This document shows, piece by piece, positions 1 to 9,388 of a DNA stretch of 38,785 nucleotides. A program made the translations under genes and the position numbers. The notes beneath the pieces were generated by a model. The model did not search any database. It worked only from the letters and a program-made list of their open reading frames with translations, and was not told where the DNA came from. Source of the DNA: Candidatus Nitrosocosmicus sp. (GTDB taxonomy: Archaea; Thermoproteota; Nitrososphaeria; Nitrososphaerales; Nitrososphaeraceae); the NCBI GenBank assembly GCA_038200895.1, contig JBBRRG010000001.1, positions 1-38,785 of the forward strand, written 5' to 3'. The first letter of the stretch is position 1, and every line of letters begins with the position of its first letter.

Positions 1-94
1 TAATATGATCATTATTACTCGTACCATCGAATGTAGAATTATTTTTATTATTATTTTGATCTTTATTTGGTAGAGTTGGATCGATATCATACAT
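1..94 (-). CDS. Possible 5' part of a gene running off the left edge of the window
   Basis: ATG at 94 opens a frame MYDIDPTLPNKDQNNNKNNSTFDGTSNNDHI... with no stop before the edge; co-oriented with dph5; no recognisable motif. Confidence 0.35.
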   Translation of the reverse strand, partial: MYDIDPTLPNKDQNNNKNNSTFDGTSNNDHI

Positions 95-170
95 TATTTG
101 TAATATTTTAAAAAAAATGTTCTATTAACAATTCTTAACTATCATATATAAAAAACGTATATTTTCGTAC

Positions 171-1283
171 TTACCAAGGGTTCATGCCTTTTTGAAACCT
201 GATAGAATCTATTAATCCCTCAGCATATCCAATGCTCAGAATAGCAAGTTCCAGCCGGCCCTGTTTATAGAAATGTTCCGCATCAAAAAGATAATTTTCA
301 GCATTTTCAAGAACAACAGAATACTCTTTTTCAGAAACATTTTTTTCATTTTTGATTAATTCTAATAAATTAGATAACGCTCTTTTTGTATTTGGTATAT
401 ATTTTTTTAACATTCTGTTCGATAACCTATCAACGATTATTGAATTATCTATGGGGTCATCCAACATAATAGTCAAATTCTTTAGAGAATCAATTTCTGT
501 AAAATGCAAATCACCCGGAATAATTATAGAATTAAAACCCTCATTAAATTGAAAGTTTAATAAAGATTTTATTTTTCCACAAATTAATTTGGAATTATTT
601 GTTCCTATTTGGGAAGCTACAATTACAAAAGAATTTTCAGATAAATTCATTAATTTTAATTCTTTTTCCCGCTCTAATAATAATTCAAAAACTTTTTTGG
701 GCGACAAATAGAATGGTTCATTATTATTCAACTTTGAGTAATGGTTTCCACCATCATTATTATATTCGGTTAAAATTAAAGTATGTAACCCAAGGCACAT
801 ATTATTGAATATAGTATCATATACTGTAATCGATGACATAGGATCAGACATCATGGTAACCATTTTTCCAAATTTATAATAATGTAGTCCAGATTCACCT
901 ATTAGCGAAGAAATTCCAGATGAGGAGTGAATTATTTTGTAAGAGATTGATTGCTTACTTGCCCTTACTATGAGCTCATGATAAGTTGTTGCGATCAAGG
1001 GGTCCCCATAAATTAATATACATACATTTTTTTCTATTGCATTTTTTAGCATTTCTCGTCCATCCTCAACAAACCACCTTTTAACAACTTGAACTTCAGT
1101 TCTATTTTCTTGAATGGAATTATCAATCATTTTTGAAAGAGATTTAATTTGTAGAACAAATTCATCAGATAAAAATCCGGTAAATCTATCTATATAAATT
1201 ATATTGCTATTTCGCAATATTTCAATAGAACCAATGCTTAAAGAATCATATTCATTTATTCCTACCCCTATCAAACAAAGCAT
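171..1283 (-). CDS. dph5: Diphthine synthase with C-terminal DUF357-like domain
   Basis: Tetrapyrrole-methylase-type motifs LIGVGI, GDPLIATTY, GLHYYKFGK, GLHTLIL, IIPGDLHFTE; C-terminal NAENYLFDAEHF...SIGYAEGLIDS matches the DUF357 pattern. Confidence 0.9.
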   Translation of the reverse strand: MLCLIGVGINEYDSLSIGSIEILRNSNIIYIDRFTGFLSDEFVLQIKSLSKMIDNSIQENRTEVQVVKRWFVEDGREMLKNAIEKNVCILIYGDPLIATTYHELIVRASKQSISYKIIHSSSGISSLIGESGLHYYKFGKMVTMMSDPMSSITVYDTIFNNMCLGLHTLILTEYNNDGGNHYSKLNNNEPFYLSPKKVFELLLEREKELKLMNLSENSFVIVASQIGTNNSKLICGKIKSLLNFQFNEGFNSIIIPGDLHFTEIDSLKNLTIMLDDPIDNSIIVDRLSNRMLKKYIPNTKRALSNLLELIKNEKNVSEKEYSVVLENAENYLFDAEHFYKQGRLELAILSIGYAEGLIDSIRFQKGMNPW

Positions 1284-1387
1284 TTCTTATCAGACTATGT
1301 ATTGTTTTAATTTAGTTATATATATTGTAATAAAGATTATTTCAATTTTACAAAAATATGAAAAATTGTCGTTTTATTATTAAATTA

Positions 1388-2506
1388 TTATGTAGCCTTA
1401 TGCAATCGGATTATATGAAATAAAGTATTTTTATAAATTTCAATACCTTTTAGATAATCAGGGATATAAATTCTCTCATCTACTGTGTGAGAAGAATGAG
1501 GATCACCTGGACCATATGTAACCACAGGAATATTAAGAACATTTCCTAAGATATTCATATCCCCTGTTCCCGTTTTTTTTAATAATAAAGGTCTTTTTTT
1601 TCTATTGTCTAAAATTGATAATACCAATGATCTCACCAAAGTAGAAGAAACGTTTGCTTGAAAAGGTTCAGTCTTATCTTCTACATGATATTTGATTATA
1701 ATATGATCTTTATCCTTTTTAAGTTCATTTATTCTTATATCAATCAATTTAAGAATATCATCACAAGATAAATGGGTGGGTATTCGAAGATCAATCGTCA
1801 TCCTACATTTTTGAGGAGTAACATTATGACTACTTCCTCCATTTACTTCGGTTATACTATAGCTTACAAGGTCTGCTTTATTTTTAGAATTATTAATATC
1901 GAGTGTATCTAAAGCTTTTTTTAAATTAGTCCATATAATGTAAATCTCTTCAATAGCATTTAAAGAAATCCAAGGGGCGCTGGCATGTGCACTACTATTT
2001 ACATCACATAATAAACGAATTTCTAAACGTCCTTTATAAGAAATAGTAATATTATCTATTCCACTGGGTTCACCAAAAATTGCATAATGAGGGCTTAAAT
2101 TTTTATCTTTTACAAGATTTTTGATACCGGTTGCATTACCTTCTTCATCTACCACTCCAGCAAAAATTAGGGTTCCATTTTGTTTTGGAAAATCCGCTGC
2201 TCCTAATAACATTGCTATCAAAGGCGCCTTTGCATCTGAGGAACCCCTACCATAAATATAATCACCATCTATACGAACTGGAACAATACCGGGAACTGTA
2301 TCCATGTGCCCGCAAAGCAATATTATTGGATCACCTTTGCCCTTTACCGCAATAATATTCCCTACGCTATCTATATCTGCTTTCTCAAATCCAACGTCCA
2401 AACAAATATCCTTTAAAAAATTAGCAAATTTTGTTTCTGATCTTGAAGGCGAATAAATTTCTAATGAATTTCTTAATAATTCAATAGCAAATGTAGAAGA
2501 TACCAT
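1388..2506 (-). CDS. lysK: [LysW]-lysine/[LysW]-ornithine hydrolase (M20 family)
   Basis: M20 motifs CGHMDTVPG, GRGSSDAK, VDEEG, GEPS, HASAP, YGPGD..SHT; last gene of the lys cluster. Confidence 0.9.
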   Translation of the reverse strand: MVSSTFAIELLRNSLEIYSPSRSETKFANFLKDICLDVGFEKADIDSVGNIIAVKGKGDPIILLCGHMDTVPGIVPVRIDGDYIYGRGSSDAKAPLIAMLLGAADFPKQNGTLIFAGVVDEEGNATGIKNLVKDKNLSPHYAIFGEPSGIDNITISYKGRLEIRLLCDVNSSAHASAPWISLNAIEEIYIIWTNLKKALDTLDINNSKNKADLVSYSITEVNGGSSHNVTPQKCRMTIDLRIPTHLSCDDILKLIDIRINELKKDKDHIIIKYHVEDKTEPFQANVSSTLVRSLVLSILDNRKKRPLLLKKTGTGDMNILGNVLNIPVVTYGPGDPHSSHTVDERIYIPDYLKGIEIYKNTLFHIIRLHKAT

Positions 2507-2510
2507 ATTT

Positions 2511-3392
2511 TTATTTTTTTTTAATATTAACCATATAATTTACAATTAATGATGGTATATCAATTCCAGTTACTCTTACAGTATTTTTAAATTCGGTGGT
2601 GTTATTTACCTCATGAACCAACAAACCATTATTATTACTTTCCATTAAATCTACTCCGACTATTTCGCCTTTAAAAATTTTTGCTGATTTAAGGCAAATA
2701 TCTTCCAATTCCTTAGTAATAGGACATATTTCTGCATGACCCCCCAAGGCCATATTTGTTTTCCATTCCTTGTTAGCCGAATATCTGTAAATAGCAGCTA
2801 CTACTTTATCTCCTACAACAATTGCCCTTATATCCCTAGGTGGCCTCTTGACAAATTCTTCGAAATAATTAATCTGGTATATAGGAAACATATGTTCTCG
2901 GTCTTCTAAAACAGTTTTGAGAGCTTCTTCATCATTTAGTAAGCCGATCAACCGGCCCCAGCTTCCCACTGTTGGTTTTATCACAACTGGGTAGCCGAAT
3001 TGATTAATACCTTCAATAGCAGAAGAAGTAGAAAAAGAGCAAATTGCATTGGGTGTAACAATTCCTTGTTTTTGGAGATCCATATGAGAAAATAATTTGT
3101 TACCGCACATAATAGAAGTATAAAGAGAATTTATCATTCTTGCTCCTAGTCCCTCTAAAGCAGAAGTAGAATGCATACTTTTAAAATAACTTACACATCG
3201 CTGTAAAATAACACTATTTTCAAAATCTTTATTTTCATAATTCAAAAATAAAATGAGTTCTTTGCAATCGATAGCTTTTAGATCGATATTGTTTTTTCTT
3301 GCGGACTCAATTATAGCTTTTTCTTCCCATCTTATATTATCAAAAAGAATAATGAGGGAAGATTTTTCTTCCTTCGTGGTTATTGTCCCCAA
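2511..3392 (-). CDS. lysX: Alpha-aminoadipate--LysW ligase (RimK ATP-grasp)
   Basis: KPTVGSWGR, RDIR, WKTNMALGG, EVNNTTEFKN (EFKN is the LysX-type signature); TTG start overlaps the lysW 3' end. Confidence 0.88.
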   Translation of the reverse strand: MGTITTKEEKSSLIILFDNIRWEEKAIIESARKNNIDLKAIDCKELILFLNYENKDFENSVILQRCVSYFKSMHSTSALEGLGARMINSLYTSIMCGNKLFSHMDLQKQGIVTPNAICSFSTSSAIEGINQFGYPVVIKPTVGSWGRLIGLLNDEEALKTVLEDREHMFPIYQINYFEEFVKRPPRDIRAIVVGDKVVAAIYRYSANKEWKTNMALGGHAEICPITKELEDICLKSAKIFKGEIVGVDLMESNNNGLLVHEVNNTTEFKNTVRVTGIDIPSLIVNYMVNIKKK

Positions 3393-3553
3393 TCTTCTCC
3401 AACTACTTGTGCAGGTTTTATACTAAAATTGTCAATAGATTTTACTAATTCAAAACTATCTCCGCAATCTGGACAAGTAACAATTTCACCTTGCATCGAG
3501 TCATTGGGTATTGGGATCTCTGCGTCACATTCAATACAATTAACTTTTGACAT
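3380..3553 (-). CDS. lysW: Amino-group carrier protein LysW, 57 aa (not in ORF track)
   Basis: Manual translation MSKVNCIECDAEIPIPNDSMQGEIVTCPDCGDSFELVKSIDNFSIKPAQVVGEDWGQ*: two CxxC zinc-ribbon motifs, acidic, EDWG(Q) C-terminus, directly upstream of lysX. Confidence 0.93.
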   Translation of the reverse strand: MSKVNCIECDAEIPIPNDSMQGEIVTCPDCGDSFELVKSIDNFSIKPAQVVGEDWGQ

Positions 3554-3556
3554 TTT

Positions 3557-4765
3557 TTAATCCTTATTTGTTTTCACATAGCCCTCATTAAGTATTTTTC
3601 TCTCCAATTTTTCATCTAAATATAATTCGAGAATATCACCCATTCGTAATTCTTTCAAACCCTTTGCTAAAGTTTCAGAATTCTCTTTTGATGTATTTAA
3701 TCCTAGTATAGATAAAAGATAAGCAGAACCGTTTTTACCAGATAATTCACCAAAAACAATTTTCCGCCTATTGCCTACTTGTCTGGGTTCGATTATTTCA
3801 TATGCAGAAGGATTTCTTAGGATGGCAGCAAGGTGAGTTCCGGCTTTATGTTTATAGGCACTATCACCTACTAATGGTTTAGATTCATGAACTGGTATCT
3901 TAGTGTAATCAGAAATAGTTTTTGACAGATCCTTTAACATATGTAATCTAAAATCATTATCGGACTTATATATAAGATTTAATGCAACAGCAGTTTCTGC
4001 TAATGTCGGGATACCATTTCTTTCGCCAAGACCATCAATAGTAGTATGAATTTGATCTGCTCCGCCATCACAACCAGATAAAGCATTTGATAGTGCTAGA
4101 CCAACATCATTATGACAATGAACATCTAAAGCAGACTTTGATTTATCGATATTATCATAAACCAATTTTACAATATTATACATCCCTCGAGGTCTCATTA
4201 TTCCTACCGTATCAGGAATACTAATTCTTTCAATTCCACGATTATTTATTTCCTTACACATATCCAGGAGAAATTCAGGATCTGTTCTACTTGCATCCTC
4301 CATAGTAAATCGAGATTTCAGTCCATGAGATTGGATATAATCAGCCACATCTAATGCTCTAATTTTAGCTTCTTCTCTGGATATGCGCAGTTTAGAAGAC
4401 AAATGAATATCAGATATTCCAAGATACGTGGCAACCCAAGTTGCACCGCAATCCATTGCTATATCAACATCAGATTTTATCGCGCGTACATGTGCTACAA
4501 TATCAGCTTTTAGCCCTTGTCTAAGTATTATTTTTGTAGCCTCGCGATGGTCTAGAGAAACAATTGGACTTATTTCAATTTGATCTACTCCAAATGAATC
4601 AAGCATCCACGCAATTTGAATTCGTTGTTTATTAGAAAAAGAAACTCCTGGATGCTGTTCTCCTTCTCGCAAAGTAGAATCCAAAATTTTTATATGTTTT
4701 TTATCCTTTTCAGAATCATTATACAAATGAGCAAAATAATTAGGATCGTCTGATTTTAGTGACAT
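3557..4765 (-). CDS. Homocitrate synthase (LeuA/DRE-TIM family)
   Basis: DSTLREGEQ, IPDTVG, HCHNDVG, GLGERNG, HKAGTH; no LeuA regulatory domain; directly upstream of lysW. Confidence 0.82.
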   Translation of the reverse strand: MSLKSDDPNYFAHLYNDSEKDKKHIKILDSTLREGEQHPGVSFSNKQRIQIAWMLDSFGVDQIEISPIVSLDHREATKIILRQGLKADIVAHVRAIKSDVDIAMDCGATWVATYLGISDIHLSSKLRISREEAKIRALDVADYIQSHGLKSRFTMEDASRTDPEFLLDMCKEINNRGIERISIPDTVGIMRPRGMYNIVKLVYDNIDKSKSALDVHCHNDVGLALSNALSGCDGGADQIHTTIDGLGERNGIPTLAETAVALNLIYKSDNDFRLHMLKDLSKTISDYTKIPVHESKPLVGDSAYKHKAGTHLAAILRNPSAYEIIEPRQVGNRRKIVFGELSGKNGSAYLLSILGLNTSKENSETLAKGLKELRMGDILELYLDEKLERKILNEGYVKTNKD

Positions 4766-4795
4766 TTTATAGCTATTAATACTATTATCGTTTAA

Positions 4796-4803
4796 TTTAT
4801 AAA
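4796..4803 (-). promoter_or_regulatory. Putative TATA box for the homocitrate synthase-lysWXK transcript
   Basis: TTTATAAA 30 nt upstream of the ATG at 4765. Confidence 0.45.
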
Positions 4804-4918
4804 TGTTATAGTTAATAAATTTAAAATACTATATGTAAAAATACATTTAGAAATGAAATTCATTTTAAAGTCATTTATTATGATAAAAAATCTTCAATGT
4901 TATATATACGAAAAGATT

Positions 4919-5353
4919 TTAATGAGAATTACCAAGTGTTCTCAAGATTATAACAGTATTAGTATCAGAAACACCATCAATTTTTCTTATCTCATCTATA
5001 TAGGAATTAATTTCTAAAATTGTAGGCGCAACAATTATAGTAGCAATATCATATTGCCCTGTTATTTCATAAACTACCTCGATGCCCTTGAGATTTAAAA
5101 GACGATCCGAAACATTTGATGTATCAGCTGTTGAACTTACAGAAATCAAAGTTATTGCACTGGTTTTATTAGATGGACCCATATCTATTGTAAATTTTTT
5201 TATTATACCAATATCTTGCAAATTTTTTACCCGACGTCTTACTGCTGATTCAGACATTCCAATGTCGTTTGCAATTTCTACAAATGATTTTCGTGAATCA
5301 TTCTTCAATATTTTAATAATTTTTTCATCTATTAAATTTAAATTCTCAGACAT
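4919..5353 (-). CDS. lysM: Lrp/AsnC family regulator, LysM-like
   Basis: N-terminal HTH (DSRKSFVEIA...SESAVRRRV), C-terminal RAM domain (YEITGQYD); embedded in the lys/arg cluster. Confidence 0.85.
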   Translation of the reverse strand: MSENLNLIDEKIIKILKNDSRKSFVEIANDIGMSESAVRRRVKNLQDIGIIKKFTIDMGPSNKTSAITLISVSSTADTSNVSDRLLNLKGIEVVYEITGQYDIATIIVAPTILEINSYIDEIRKIDGVSDTNTVIILRTLGNSH

Positions 5354-6542
5354 TTCTCCTTTTCTCCTCGTTATAAATTAATTTATCTAGTAAATTAATT
5401 GCTTTTTTAGATATATCTTCGTCCATTACCAAAGGGGGAAGCAACCTCAAAATGTTTCTACCAGAATACAATAATAAAATGCCATTTTTAATACCATCAA
5501 AAAGAATGTCTTTGATATCAAATTTTAATTCAACACCCAACATCATTCCAAATCCTCTAACCTCACGGATAATCTTATGTCTATCTTTCAAATCAATTAA
5601 ACCCTCTTTAAATAATTTACCTATTTTCTCAGAATTTACAACTAATTTATCCTCTACTAATGAATCTATCGTGGCAGAACCTGCTGCACAAGCAAGAGGA
5701 TTTCCAGCAAATGTCGACGAGTGCTCTCCTACTTTAATACAATCCAAAATTTCAGAACGTAAGAGTGTAAGACCCATAGGTACTCCACCTGCTATTCCCT
5801 TTGCTAAGCACATAATATCAGGTTGTACATCCCAATGCTGACCGGCCCACATCTTTCCTGTTCGACCCAATCCGGACTGAATTTCATCAAATATCAATAC
5901 CAAATTATGTTTGTCACAAAGATGTCGAAGTTTTTTTAAAAATCCTACAGGTGGAATAATTATTCCAGTTTCGCCTTGTATTGGTTCAGCAATTATTGTT
6001 CCAACCTTATTACTTGGATTATCAACTAATTCTTCAATTTTATCCACTTCATTGTAGGAAATGAAATTAACGCCACCTAGCAAAGGCAGAAATGATTTAC
6101 GATATTTTTCATTATATGTAACAGATAATGCTCCAAATGTTTTTCCATGATATGCTCCATTTAATGCAATAACACCATTTTTATTAGTATATTTTCTTGA
6201 GAATTTTATAGCAGCTTCAACAGATTCAGTTCCACTATTGGAAAAAAAAACTTTATCTAGATTTTTTGGAGTTATCCTAAAAAGTTTATTCAGAAATTCT
6301 AATCTAGTATTATTATATAGGGACATATGACATGTTATAAGGTATTCGACTTGGTTTTTTATTGCATTGACTACACGTGCGTTACAATGTCCAACTAGAG
6401 CAACTCCATAACCCCCCATACAATCAATATATTCTTTCCCATCACCATCCCAAAGAGTACAGCCTTTGCCTTTCTCTATGTTAACTGGGAATCGTTGATA
6501 TAGTTTACCAACAAAATTTTCTTCATCTATAACAAAATTCAT
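5346..6542 (-). CDS. lysJ: [LysW]-aminoadipate/glutamate semialdehyde aminotransferase (class III PLP)
   Basis: SNSGTESVE, YHGKT, EPIQGE, FDEIQSGLGRTG, LAKGIAGG, HSSTFAGNP; start placed at ATG 6542 (ATGA overlap with the lysZ stop) rather than 6560. Confidence 0.9.
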   Translation of the reverse strand: MNFVIDEENFVGKLYQRFPVNIEKGKGCTLWDGDGKEYIDCMGGYGVALVGHCNARVVNAIKNQVEYLITCHMSLYNNTRLEFLNKLFRITPKNLDKVFFSNSGTESVEAAIKFSRKYTNKNGVIALNGAYHGKTFGALSVTYNEKYRKSFLPLLGGVNFISYNEVDKIEELVDNPSNKVGTIIAEPIQGETGIIIPPVGFLKKLRHLCDKHNLVLIFDEIQSGLGRTGKMWAGQHWDVQPDIMCLAKGIAGGVPMGLTLLRSEILDCIKVGEHSSTFAGNPLACAAGSATIDSLVEDKLVVNSEKIGKLFKEGLIDLKDRHKIIREVRGFGMMLGVELKFDIKDILFDGIKNGILLLYSGRNILRLLPPLVMDEDISKKAINLLDKLIYNEEKRRNV

Positions 6543-7339
6543 TTTATAATCACCGTACAATTGTTATGCGATAGCGCAGATAGAATAGGATTTTTTACCG
6601 AGCCTGAGGCTATTATTGATTTTTTTACACCCCATGTTAAGGCTTCAGTACTGGCTAATATTTTTTTTTCCATCCCAGGCCCAATTGTAGGTAACAATTT
6701 TTTTGCTTCATCCAATGTTAGATGATTTACTAACTTTCCATCCATTATTAAACCACTAACATTTGTGATAAAGATAATAATATCAGATTTTAATGTACCA
6801 GCTATATTTGCTGCTGCTCTATCTCCATCAATATTCAAGAATTCATAATCCTCTCCCAATGCCACCGGGGAAATCACAGGAAGATATCCACCATTTAATA
6901 AAATATTAATCAATTTTGGCTCTATGTTAGAAACTTTACCAGTATAGCCTCCATCAATAATCATTTTTCTACCTTTTTCATTTAAAATAATCAATTTTTT
7001 CTTTCTTTGTGCTCTAATAGTTTCACCATCTATTCCAGTTATTCCAACGGACGATATTCCTTTACTAGATAACATTGCAGTAATATTTTTATTTATCTTA
7101 CCAGACATTACCATTGTATAGATCATGGATGTTTCTTTATCAGTATATCGACTTCGTTTTCCTTCTGGAGATACTATAAAATTTTGTTCTTTACCCATTA
7201 AAGTGGCAATAGTAGTAACATCTTTGCCGCCACCATGAACCACAATAATTTTTTCTCTTTTATACAACTCAACAAAGTCATCCAAGATGGAAGGATGTAA
7301 CCCTTCTACGATACTTCCACCTATTTTTATAACAATCAT
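6539..7339 (-). CDS. lysZ: [LysW]-aminoadipate/glutamate kinase
   Basis: VIKIGGS, VHGGG, SRYTD, GGYTGK, LNIDGDRAA, GMEKK. Confidence 0.92.
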   Translation of the reverse strand: MIVIKIGGSIVEGLHPSILDDFVELYKREKIIVVHGGGKDVTTIATLMGKEQNFIVSPEGKRSRYTDKETSMIYTMVMSGKINKNITAMLSSKGISSVGITGIDGETIRAQRKKKLIILNEKGRKMIIDGGYTGKVSNIEPKLINILLNGGYLPVISPVALGEDYEFLNIDGDRAAANIAGTLKSDIIIFITNVSGLIMDGKLVNHLTLDEAKKLLPTIGPGMEKKILASTEALTWGVKKSIIASGSVKNPILSALSHNNCTVIIK

Positions 7340-8388
7340 ACAGGTGTAATAGGAGTAAATTTCAGTCCGGTCATTTCATCATATCCAAACATGACGTTCA
7401 TATTTTGTATAGCTGATCCTGCTGCACCTTTCATCAAATTATCTGATGCAGAAAGAGAAACAACACGATTATTATCCTCATCCAAATCAAATCCAATATC
7501 GCAGAAATTAGAACCTATTACAAATTTAGGATCAGGAAATTTATAAAAACCGTTTTTATCCCTTATCAATCTAACAAAAATCTCATTTTTATATGAATTC
7601 CTATAAATTTTCCATAAATCTAATTCACTTAAGGGTTTTTTTAAAAAAACATGGTTTGTGGTCAATATGCCTCTTACCATATTTACAGCATGAGGAGTCA
7701 TGCTAACATGAATTTTATTATTGGAAAGTAAACCCAATTCTTGTTCTATCTCTCCGGTATGACGATGTTTTGCGGGTTTATATGGTCTAATAACTCCATA
7801 ACGCATTGCATGGTGGGTTCCAGAATTTGCTTTGCCGCCTGCGCCTGAAGAACCAATTTTACTATCAACAACAATGTGATCAGTATCAATTACATCATTT
7901 TCTATTAATGGTTTTAATGCAAGTAAAGATGTAACTGCCATACAGCCAGGACAAGAAACTAATTGTGCTTTTTTTATATCTTCCCTATGGATTTCAGGGA
8001 CACCATAAGATGATTTAGATAATAAATCAGGATATGGGTGCTCCCATCCATACCATTTTATATAATCATCGGGATTTTTAAGTCTAAAGTCTGCTGAAAG
8101 ATCAATTATTTTTATTCCGCTCTTAAATAGTTCATTAACAATTTTGTTAGATTTCCCATGAGGCACGGATACAAAAACTAAATCACAAGAACTGATTAAT
8201 TTATCTAAATCCATATCCGAAAATGATAAGGTTATGAAACTTTTTAGACTAGGATGAACTCTATGAACATATTCTCCAGATTTTTGTCTTGATGTAACCA
8301 TAGATATCTCTACTTCTGGATGAGTAACTAAAAGACGCAATAATTCTCCCCCTACAAATCCGGACGCCCCAATCACTCCAACTTTCAA
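7336..8388 (-). CDS. lysY: [LysW]-aminoadipate/glutamyl-phosphate reductase (ArgC family)
   Basis: GASGFVG, DLSADFR, catalytic PGC, GSSGAG, HRH, DNLMKGAAG; TTG start preceded by GGAGG. Confidence 0.92.
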   Translation of the reverse strand: MKVGVIGASGFVGGELLRLLVTHPEVEISMVTSRQKSGEYVHRVHPSLKSFITLSFSDMDLDKLISSCDLVFVSVPHGKSNKIVNELFKSGIKIIDLSADFRLKNPDDYIKWYGWEHPYPDLLSKSSYGVPEIHREDIKKAQLVSCPGCMAVTSLLALKPLIENDVIDTDHIVVDSKIGSSGAGGKANSGTHHAMRYGVIRPYKPAKHRHTGEIEQELGLLSNNKIHVSMTPHAVNMVRGILTTNHVFLKKPLSELDLWKIYRNSYKNEIFVRLIRDKNGFYKFPDPKFVIGSNFCDIGFDLDEDNNRVVSLSASDNLMKGAAGSAIQNMNVMFGYDEMTGLKFTPITPV

Positions 8389-8515
8389 TGAAACCCCTCC
8401 ATATCTAGATCTTTATTATTACTATTAAAAAATATAGAATCAATATAGAATCTCATAAACAATAAACCGTTAGATTATCCTCATTTAAATTTTTGGTCAT
8501 TATATTAATATTTGT

Positions 8516-9388
8516 TTATATTCTATTTACATTTTTTATGTAATCAATTATCAATCCAGCTATATTAATGCCAGTAGCAGAGCTTGCACCTTTAAATTCT
8601 ACTGTGTTATTTATCTCATGAACCATTAACCCATGTTCCTCATCCTCCATCATATCGATTCCCAAAATTCCTGTTCCAACAGCTTTAGCAGCTTTAATAG
8701 CAATGGCTTCTAATTCAGAAGTTATTTTTATCATCTCTGCTTTTCCTCCCCTCGAAACATTTGTCCTCCATTCATCATTAGAGGAATATCGATAAATAGC
8801 AGCTATGACCTGTTCTCCTAAAACTATACACCTAATATCCCTTGGTGGCCTTTTAACCAATTCTTGGAAATAATAGATATTTGAAAAAGGGCTAGAACTC
8901 TCTTGTCTCATTTCTACAATCATTTTACCAACCTCTTTATTTCTCACAGGAAATACACCTCTACCCCATGATCCAATTACAGGTTTAAAGACCAGAGGAT
9001 TTTTTTCCAAATCCTGTTCATTGACAATGCTAAAAGCTGATTCAGAGTTAAAAGAGAAAAAGGATTTAGGGGTTGGAACGTTATTTTTTCTCAAAACCAT
9101 TGAAGTTAATAACTTGTTGCCACATATCTCTCCGATTTTTGAATTATTTATTACTTCATAACCTAATAATTCTAAACAACTTGTTAGAAATTGACCCCTA
9201 AAATGACTAATACTTCTTTGTAAGATTATATCCCCATAACCCAAATTACTAGATATCAAATGATCTGTATTTAAAACAACACTTTTTGAATCAATTAGGT
9301 TAGTTTCTATTCCGATTTTAATAGCTGTTTCGTATAGAGATTTTTCTTCAAAACGCAATTTATCAAAGAAAATGCCTAATTTAACCAT
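8516..9388 (-). CDS. argX: Glutamate--LysW ligase (second RimK ATP-grasp)
   Basis: KPVIGSWGR, RDIR, WRTNVSRGG, EINNTVEFKG (EFKG is the ArgX-type signature); start overlaps the argG stop. Confidence 0.8.
   Translation of the reverse strand: MVKLGIFFDKLRFEEKSLYETAIKIGIETNLIDSKSVVLNTDHLISSNLGYGDIILQRSISHFRGQFLTSCLELLGYEVINNSKIGEICGNKLLTSMVLRKNNVPTPKSFFSFNSESAFSIVNEQDLEKNPLVFKPVIGSWGRGVFPVRNKEVGKMIVEMRQESSSPFSNIYYFQELVKRPPRDIRCIVLGEQVIAAIYRYSSNDEWRTNVSRGGKAEMIKITSELEAIAIKAAKAVGTGILGIDMMEDEEHGLMVHEINNTVEFKGASSATGINIAGLIIDYIKNVNRI

Noticed and set aside
352-808. Short + strand ORFs (352..552, 599..808) and similar antisense or nested ORFs in lysK, lysM, lysJ, argG, fbp, tpiA, the radical SAM gene, the dehydrogenase, nuo genes and the GGR gene
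   Set aside because: Shadows of well-supported genes with no motifs of their own
6543-6560. N-terminal extension MYGDYK of lysJ in the ORF track
   Set aside because: The ATG at 6542 gives a classic ATGA overlap with the lysZ stop and is the more likely start
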